Shown in pieces: positions 55,003 to 64,000 of a DNA stretch of 64,000 bases. The first letter of the stretch is position 1; each line of letters starts with the position of its first letter. The DNA is from Octopus vulgaris. Taxonomy: Eukaryota. The stretch is from assembly GCA_951406725.2 (NCBI GenBank), contig OX597815.1, positions 48,856,001 through 48,920,000 on the forward strand, in the 5' to 3' direction. A model generated the notes under the pieces. The model worked only from the letters and a program-made list of their open reading frames with translations. It did not search any database and had not been told where the DNA came from. The position numbers and the translations under genes are program-made.

Positions 55003-55005
<3 letters not shown>
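54850..55005 (+). mobile_element. Penelope-like terminal repeat with degenerate hammerhead (54882-54917), ending at (TA)n
   Basis: CTTT-CTGTGGA-A-GAGC-GTAG-GCTC-GAAA-A-GTT-AAAG. The 3' part recurs at 19341-19397 (minus) and 59906-59940. Confidence 0.6.
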
Positions 55006-55046
<41 letters not shown>

Positions 55047-55110
55047 TTACATTTAAGACCAAAAGGGTACGGGCGTCGCTATATATATATACGTATATGT
55101 AAATCAAGAT

Positions 55111-55222
55111 TAATCAGCCGAAATTGCGAGGATGATCCGGTTCTTGACTGAAGATTGAAGGCTTCGAATGTCCCGTCCGTGTCTTTTGTATCGTCTTCTA
55201 AATGTTTTGCGTTCTTGTCCCA
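55111..55222 (+). mobile_element. Second copy of the 112-bp dispersed repeat
   Basis: Near-identical to 12865-12976. Confidence 0.65.
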
Positions 55223-55240
55223 GTTTGTATTTTTTTACAT

Positions 55241-55336
<96 letters not shown>

Positions 55337-55910
55337 GTTTGTGTGTCAGGCATGTTTGTCTACATGCTTGACAACCGATGTTGGTGTGTTTACGTCCCTG
55401 TAACTTAACTGTTCGGTAAAAGAGCCGGTAGAATAACTACCATGCTTACAAAGAATAAGTCCTGGGGTCAATTTGTTCGACTAAGATGTGGTGTTCCAGC
55501 ATGGCCGCAGTCAAATGGCTGAAACAAATAAAAGAATATATATGTATAATGCATTTCTATCCGCATTATACATAGCTTTTCGTGTCTTTATATAATGTGT
55601 GTGTGTGTATGGGTGTGTGTGTGTATGTATGCGTGTATGTACATATGCATGCATGTATGTGTATATACATATATATATATATAGAGAGAGAAAGACACAT
55701 ACATAAATACATACAGTTGTCTATATATAAATGTGTGGATCTTTTATCTTTTACTTGTTTCAGTCTGCAGCCATCCTGGGGCTTTCAAGTTCTTTTGTCG
55801 AACGAAAAAAACGCAATACTTATTTTTTTTAAAGTTTGGTAATTATTCGATCGGTCTCTTTTGTGGAACCGCTCTCTTATGGGTGCGTATTTTATGTACG
55901 TCGCAATACC

Positions 55911-56134
55911 TATTTCTTTATTACCCACAAGGGGCTAAACACAGAGGGGACAAACAAGGACAGACATAGGTATTAAGTCGATTACAACGACCCCAGTGCG
56001 TAACTGGTATTTAATTAATCGACCCCGAAAGGATGAAAGGAAAAGTCGACCTCGGCGGAATTTGAACTCAGAACGTAACGGCAGAGGAAATACGGCTACG
56101 CAATTCGTCCGACGTGCTAACGTTTCTGCCAGCT
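55911..56134 (-). mobile_element. SINE C1 nested in a SINE A tail, 12-bp TSD
   Basis: CGTCGCAATACC at 55899-55910 and 56135-56146. Confidence 0.88.
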
Positions 56135-56473
56135 CGTCGCAATACCAGTTGCCAAGCGGTGGTGGAAGACAGACACAAACACGCATCCGTGCCCCAGCAT
56201 GGCTACGGTCCTCGGACTGAAAGTTAAAGCAAAAAATAAACCCGCGACGTGTTATTTCAGTTTCTGTTTACTAAATCTATTTACAAGGCTTTGCACGGCC
56301 AGGGCTATAGAACAAGACACTTGCTTAAGGAGCCACGCAGTGGGATTGAAACCAGAACCATGTGGTCGGGAAGCTAACTTTCTTGCCACACAGCCAGGCC
56401 TGTACCTATACCCACATATACGTGCACGCACATACACACATATGTATATACGCACATATATGTGTATATGCAG

Positions 56474-56530
<57 letters not shown>

Positions 56531-56560
56531 TATATGTACATATATATATATGTGCATATA

Positions 56561-56591
<31 letters not shown>

Positions 56592-56726
56592 CCATATATA
56601 CACATATATATATACAAATAACACATACACATATACATATTACACATGTATATATAATATTTATATGTATATATATATTCATATATATAATATATACATA
56701 TATTCATAAATATGATATATACACAC

Positions 56727-56757
<31 letters not shown>

Positions 56758-56781
56758 TATACATATGCATATTCATATATA

Positions 56782-56837
<56 letters not shown>

Positions 56838-56847
56838 TATATATATT

Positions 56848-57278
56848 CTCTTTTACCCTTTTACTTGTTTCAGTCATTTGACTGCGGCCATGCTGGAGCA
56901 CCGCCTTTGGTCGAGCAAGTCGACCCCGAGACTTATTCTTTGTAAGCCCAGTACTTATCATATCGGTCTCATTTGCCGAACCGCTAAGTGACGGGGACAA
57001 ACACAGACACACAAACATATACACACACACATACACATATATATACATGTATACGACAGGCTTCTTTCAGTTTCCGTCTACCAAATCCACTCACAAGGCA
57101 TTGGTCGGCCCGAGGCTATAGCAGAAGACACTTGCCCAAGATGCCACGCAGTGGGACTGAACCCGGAACCATCTGGTTGGTAAGCAAGCTTCTTACCACA
57201 CAGCCACTCCTGCGCCTATGTATATATACATATATGTATATATATACATATATGTATATCTATCTCTCTATCTATTTA

Positions 57279-57334
<56 letters not shown>

Positions 57335-57526
57335 CATATATATACATATATATATATACACATATATAAGAGTGGTTATGTGGTAAGTAGCTTGTTTACC
57401 AATCACATGGTTCCGGGTTCAGTCCCACTGCTTGGCACCATGTGCTAGTGTCTGCTACTATAGTCTCGGGCCGGACCAAAGCTTTGTGAGTGGATTCAGT
57501 TGTGGGAAAAGTGAAAGAAGCCCGTC

Positions 57527-57528
<2 letters not shown>
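56848..57528. mobile_element. Head-to-head SINE A pair (minus 56848-57217, plus head 57370-57528)
   Basis: A well-preserved minus copy and an opposite head, separated by a microsatellite. Confidence 0.88.
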
Positions 57529-57558
<30 letters not shown>

Positions 57559-57570
57559 CTACCTATCTAC

Positions 57571-57640
<70 letters not shown>

Positions 57641-57753
57641 ATATATATATATACTCGCTCGTACGCGTGCGCACATACACACACATGCACAATCAGACAC
57701 ACATACGTAAGTTTTCAGAGAGGGTGAGAAATAGAGAGAAAGAGAGGGAGAGG

Positions 57754-57784
<31 letters not shown>

Positions 57785-58480
57785 TGACAGACAGACAGAC
57801 AGACAGAGACGGAGAGGCAGGGCCCTATATTCTCATCTTAAGTTTCCTCATCTTAGTTACTACGTTCACATTCTTCAGGTGCCCTAAGTATTTAGCTAGG
57901 CTTTCGTATTTTTCAAGCGAATCCCTTTATTTAACCCAACAAATCAATCAGCCCTAATTCCGTTCCCTATGCCTATTATACTCTTCTACTATTTCTCAAT
58001 AGTGTTGCACTTGATCGTTTCTCTTGAACCAGTTAACATGTGTATATATGAATGTGTGTCTGTGTGTATGTATGTGTGTGTGTATGGTTGGGCAGGTGCG
58101 TGTAGGTGTAGGCATGGCCATCTAGTTAAGTTACTCAATTTGCAACCACACGATTTCTGGTTCGTTCCCACTGCACCGCTCCCTGGGCTAGTATCTTACA
58201 GTGTAGCCCTGTCCGACGAATGGATTGTGAATTCGGTAGATGGAAAATTGTATGGAATAGCTTCGTGTGCGTGTGTGTGTATGTAAATATACATACACAC
58301 ACTCATACACATAGACATATACACACGTATGTATTTGTAAAAAGGAACACACTCTCTCTCTCTCTATATATATATATATGTGTGTGTGTAGACACACACA
58401 CATATATATACATTCATATATACATTCATATATGTGCATATATATATATATATATATCTATATCTATATATGTATATGTA

Positions 58481-58512
<32 letters not shown>

Positions 58513-58790
58513 CATCTATCTATCTATTTATCTATCTATATATGTATGTATATATATATAAATGTGGGTATACATATGAATATATATGTGTGTATGCATA
58601 TATATGCATATATATATACATACATATGCCTATATACATATATACTTACACACACACACACACATATATATATGTATATATATATACGTATATATATATG
58701 TAAATATATGTATATATATGTATATATATATATGTACATATATTTACATATATGTATACATATATGTCCATATATTTGAAAAAATATATG

Positions 58791-58841
<51 letters not shown>

Positions 58842-58990
58842 GTATGCATATGTATATATATATACATATGTATATATGGATATATATATGTATGTATATA
58901 TGTATGTATATATATGCATGTGTGTGTATATATATATATATATATATGTTTATATATTATATAAATATATATGTATGTATGTATATGTAT

Positions 58991-59067
<77 letters not shown>

Positions 59068-59152
59068 AAATTTAATACAGTTTGATTCGGCTCTTGAGGC
59101 CTAAAGTTTCGCGGGTCTCTAACAGAAACCAATCACTTTCAAGCTTAGATTA

Positions 59153-59191
<39 letters not shown>

Positions 59192-59778
59192 GTTTGTGTG
59201 TGTGTGTGTGTGTAATATATATATATAACTACTGCGCTTGTACTTGGCCAATACTTAAAACCATTTTCAAATCACCATCTTGTTGGACTGTTAGGTAATA
59301 GACCGTATGACGTCTTAAAACTTAACTCTTTTTGCGTTCTTCATTAAGCCTATGACCACAGGCTTAATGATCAATCGCAATTAATAGCTGCGGTATGATG
59401 TTAAGATATCATTAGGTCATATTTGGAAAGTCCAGCTCACTTGTTAGTTCCCTCCTGTGTCTTATCTGCCAGTGTTCTCTATATTATATTTTTAAGGAAG
59501 GCTGAATGACAGAGACGAGTACGATAGCTCACTTATATTAATGTAAAATAATGATAATTTCTCATCTTAAGAATTTGTGTGTGTGTGTGCGTGCGTGCTT
59601 GTACGCGCGCGTGTGTATGTGTGTGATTGTGTGCATACGTATAGGTATGTGTATTCGTGCATGTGAGTCTATGTATATATCTATATCAGTCTACTTGTAT
59701 AGGCAATATATATATAGAGAGAGAGGTAGGTACGTACATATATGTATATATATATGCATGTTTTATTTATTAATATAT

Positions 59779-59812
<34 letters not shown>

Positions 59813-59839
59813 CATACATATACATATATACATATACAT

Positions 59840-59899
<60 letters not shown>

Positions 59900-59936
59900 T
59901 TTGTATGTCTTCGTCTTTTGTTTTTCTGTAAATTTC

Positions 59937-60057
<121 letters not shown>

Positions 60058-60428
60058 GGGCAGCTCTAGCTGTGTGGTAAGAAGGTCGCTTCCCAATCAC
60101 ATGGTTTCGAGTTCAGTCCCACTGCGCGGAACTTTGACACCTGTCTTTTGCTATAGCCCCGGTCGACCAAAACCTTATGAATGGAATTAGTGTCTGTGTT
60201 TGTCCCCCTCCCCCCACAACCGCTTGGCAAACCTCGTGTTGTTAAGTTTACACTCTCGTTATGTAGCGGTTCGGCATAAAGAAATTGATAGAATAATTAA
60301 CAGTTTTAAAAAATATATAAATAAATAAACACAAAGAAAGAAGAAAACTACGGCTAATTCCATTCGAAAAGTTCTCCGGAGCGGGGTCCCAGCATGGCCG
60401 CATGGTAATGAATGAAATAAGTAAAAGA
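60058..60428 (+). mobile_element. SINE A, diverged, spacer largely absent
   Basis: TAGCTGTGTGGTAAG, GAGTTCAGTCCC and tail CCAGCATGGCCGCA. Confidence 0.8.
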
Positions 60429-60543
60429 TATATTTACACATGTGTGCGCGTGTGTATTTATGCATAGATATTTGTATGCATGTGTATATTATGAAATGTA
60501 TATGCATGTATACACGTATATGCATGTATACATGTATGCGCGC

Positions 60544-60614
<71 letters not shown>

Positions 60615-60820
60615 CATGAATACTATATATATTTACGTATTTATTACATTTGCATGTAGAGTGTGTTGATGTGTGAGGCTGTGTGTGTGCGCAAGTTATT
60701 GAATTGAATGTCTGTAAACTTGTCGACATACATATATAATTTTGTGTGCGTGTGTTTGTATAGTTAGTGAATTATCGATATAATATCTCTACCGTGTCTG
60801 TGTGTTTGTCATAATACATA

Positions 60821-60879
<59 letters not shown>

Positions 60880-61065
60880 CTGCACTGCACATATACAGGA
60901 TACATGCATTTACTTAGTTGTGTGTGCAAGCGATTGCGTGTGTTGGTATGCATACAAAGTATGTAAGAATGTACGAGCGAACTTGTCTCTTAAAACTTGT
61001 CTGTATGTTTAGTGCGTGTGTGCAGTGTTGCAAGTCGTGCCTGAATATATTTCGTTGTTAGCATC

Positions 61066-61114
<49 letters not shown>

Positions 61115-61119
61115 CGATA

Positions 61120-61366
61120 TCAATCGCTACAGTCATTATGCTGGGGTAGTGACTTTTTGTCAGTCGAATTGACCCCAGTAAATATTTTTTTTGTTTTCTT
61201 AGAATCTGGTAATTACTTCATCGGACTCCTTGGATGAACCTCTTGCTAACATGGACGTAAACACAATAACATCGGTTGTCAAGCGGTAGTGGAAGACACA
61301 CATTGGCACAAGCACACACACACACACTGTGTGGTACGATGCTTATTTCCCAACCACAAGCCCTTC

Positions 61367-61402
<36 letters not shown>

Positions 61403-61839
61403 GTGTGTGTGTGTGTGTGTCTTTGTGCCTGTTTTTGTCCCCCATCACCGCTTGACAGCCGGTGTTGGTGAGCTTACAACCCCAAATCTAGCGGTTCGGC
61501 AAAAGTGTCCGATAGAATAAGTAATATGCTTTAAAAAAATAAGCCCTGAGGTCAATTTGCTCGACTAAATCCCTTTAAGGCGATGCTCCAGCACTACCGC
61601 ATTCAAATGACTGAAACAAGTAAAAGAATAAAAGGATATATATATATATATATATATATAGGACGGGCTTCTTTCAGTTTCTATCTACTAAATCTACTCA
61701 CAAGGCTTTGGTCAGCCTGATATTAGAGTAGAAAGCACATGCGCAAAATTCCACGCAGCGGAACTGAACCTGCTACCATGTGCACGGGAAGCAATTTTCT
61801 GACCACACCTGCGCATATATATATATATCTGTGTGTGTG

Positions 61840-61884
<45 letters not shown>

Positions 61885-62568
61885 GCGTGTGTGTGTGTAT
61901 GTTTGTATGAATGTGCCTTTATGTCTGTCTCACCTACAGTTTAATAGCCGGCTTAGGTTTGACTATGTCCCATAACTTAACGGTTCAGCCTCAGGTAACG
62001 ATAAAAAAAAAATCAGGTTTACAATTCAGTTCCAGGTTTGACGATCGACTAAACCCCATCAGGGTGGTGCCACAGCATGGCCGCAGACCAATGAATGAAA
62101 GAGATAAATCAGAAGATTATGCAAAAGAGTATACACAAATATATATACATACATAAGCACACACATACATACACGCACTCACACACACACACTCATACAC
62201 ACATATATGTTGTGTGTGTGTATGTGTGTAGTCGTATATGTTATAAAATGTATGTTCATATGTCTGTTCAAACCCCTCGATGTATGTTCAGAATGTATGT
62301 TCATACCCCTCGACCTGTGGGGTCATTCCCACTCCACGGCATTTTCGTCAAGTGTCTTTGAGAATAGCCCTCGATTGAGCAATATCTGGAAAAAGAATTT
62401 GAACAAAACTCAGGGTCCAGCCGGATGCATATATATATATATATATATATACTACTAAACCTTGGGAGGGGCATTATGCCGGTAATAATTAACACACGCA
62501 CTGGTTCGGTCCTTTATTGTCATTGTTCAGTGTTGTTCGTATTGCTATTTCTTCCAAATACAAATACG

Positions 62569-62633
<65 letters not shown>

Positions 62634-62713
62634 CATACATACATATATACACACACATATATATATACACATACATATATATGCATTTATACATGCATGT
62701 ATTTTTGTATATA

Positions 62714-62748
<35 letters not shown>

Positions 62749-62811
62749 TTACACATAGGTATACTTACATATATACACACGCATTTATGTGTCTGTGTCA
62801 GTGTTTGTGAG

Positions 62812-62843
<32 letters not shown>

Positions 62844-63560
62844 TGGTGGGTTTCTAAGTTTTCTATGAAATATATACACACACACACACACTTATACATA
62901 ATTCAAACATATTTACATATACACACATATCATACGTACACACATACATACATACACACATATATATGTGTGTGTGTGCACTGGACCGATCAGTGCCTTG
63001 TAAGCGAATTTAGTAGAAGGAAACTGCGTTGAAGCCCTTCGTATATGTATATGGGTGTGAGTGTTTCCGTCTTTGTGTCAATATTTGTTCGCGCCTCTGC
63101 TTGACAATCGGTTTTGCCTTTTTTTTTTAGATACCCGTCCTGTAGCGGTTCGGCAAAAATCAACGATGGAATATGTACTAGACTTTAAAGCAAGACCTGA
63201 GTCGATTTGTTCAACTACAGCGCTTGAAGGCGGTGCCCCAGCATGGCCATGCCATAATCCAATGAACGAAATACGGAAGCAATAAAATTATATATACATT
63301 GAGAGAGTGGGGGAGAAAGATGCATGTGTGCGCGTGCGTGTTTGTATACATGTGTGTTATGTATGCTTGTGGTTATGTGTGCGTGTATGTAACGTAAGTA
63401 CACTGTTGGTTTTGTTAAATCCGGCGTTGTGTCAATATGGTCACTTAAGCTAATCGATACCTGACTGAAATGACTATTGGAGCTGATATAATCGACTAAA
63501 AGCTCTTCGTTGCGGTGCTCCAGTATGGCCGCAGTCTAATGTCAGAAAATAGCAAGAGAA
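61120..63560. mobile_element. Patchwork of degenerate SINE A heads and tails in both orientations, among microsatellites
   Basis: Repeated GCGGTTCGGC, CCAGCATGGCC and CTTTCAGTTTC motifs. Confidence 0.7.
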
Positions 63561-63654
63561 AGACTGCGTGTGTATATATGTGTGTAAGCATTTCTGTTTG
63601 TGTAGTGTAACCCACGTGTTTTAACTTATTTCCTTGGAGGAATACATATATTCG

Positions 63655-63700
<46 letters not shown>

Positions 63701-64000
63701 TGAGCGGCGTAATTGGGTTTGTGTATGTGCGTGTGTCTCCGTAAGTGGACGAGTAGGTGTGCAAGCCCGTCTCAAACTTTTTGTCATAGAACTCCGTGCG
63801 AGCACACGTCGGCGTGTTTGTGTGTGTGTGTGTGTGTTTCCGCATGTTTGTGTGCAAGTGTGCGAGTTGGGTTTAAATGTTTTCAGTTGTATCTATCTAT
63901 CTATCTATCTATCTGGATAAATAGATAGATTGAAGAGAGAGAGAGAGAGAGATGAGTGTATACATGTATGTGTGTGCATATGCCGTGAATAAGTTTCATA

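Overview
This is AT-rich eukaryotic non-coding DNA. It is most likely intronic or intergenic sequence from an octopus or other coleoid cephalopod, inferred from my recollection of the repeat families and not from a search. Microsatellites dominate: (TA)n, (CA)n, (TATG)n, (GATA)n, (GA)n and (ATT)n. They account for most ORFs in the supplied track, and I can support no complete protein-coding gene, only a few low-confidence exon candidates. Between the microsatellites are dozens of tRNA-derived SINE copies of three head types, which I label A, B and C. These swap body and tail modules, nest in each other with clear target-site duplications (TSDs), and segregate by microsatellite type. There are also four Tc1/mariner-type MITEs, a hAT-like MITE, an unclassified foldback element and a non-autonomous Helitron. 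The most interesting signal is a set of about six short elements carrying minimal type-I hammerhead ribozyme motifs of the Penelope/retrozyme kind, most next to microsatellites. The best example is a ~590-bp foldback at 47583-48175, built from a tRNA B-box fragment, an (AAT)n array and a hammerhead unit, which suggests a SINE-like ribozyme-bearing retroelement. A circularly permuted tandem SINE array at 1657-2026 is also notable. Boundaries of degenerate repeats are approximate.
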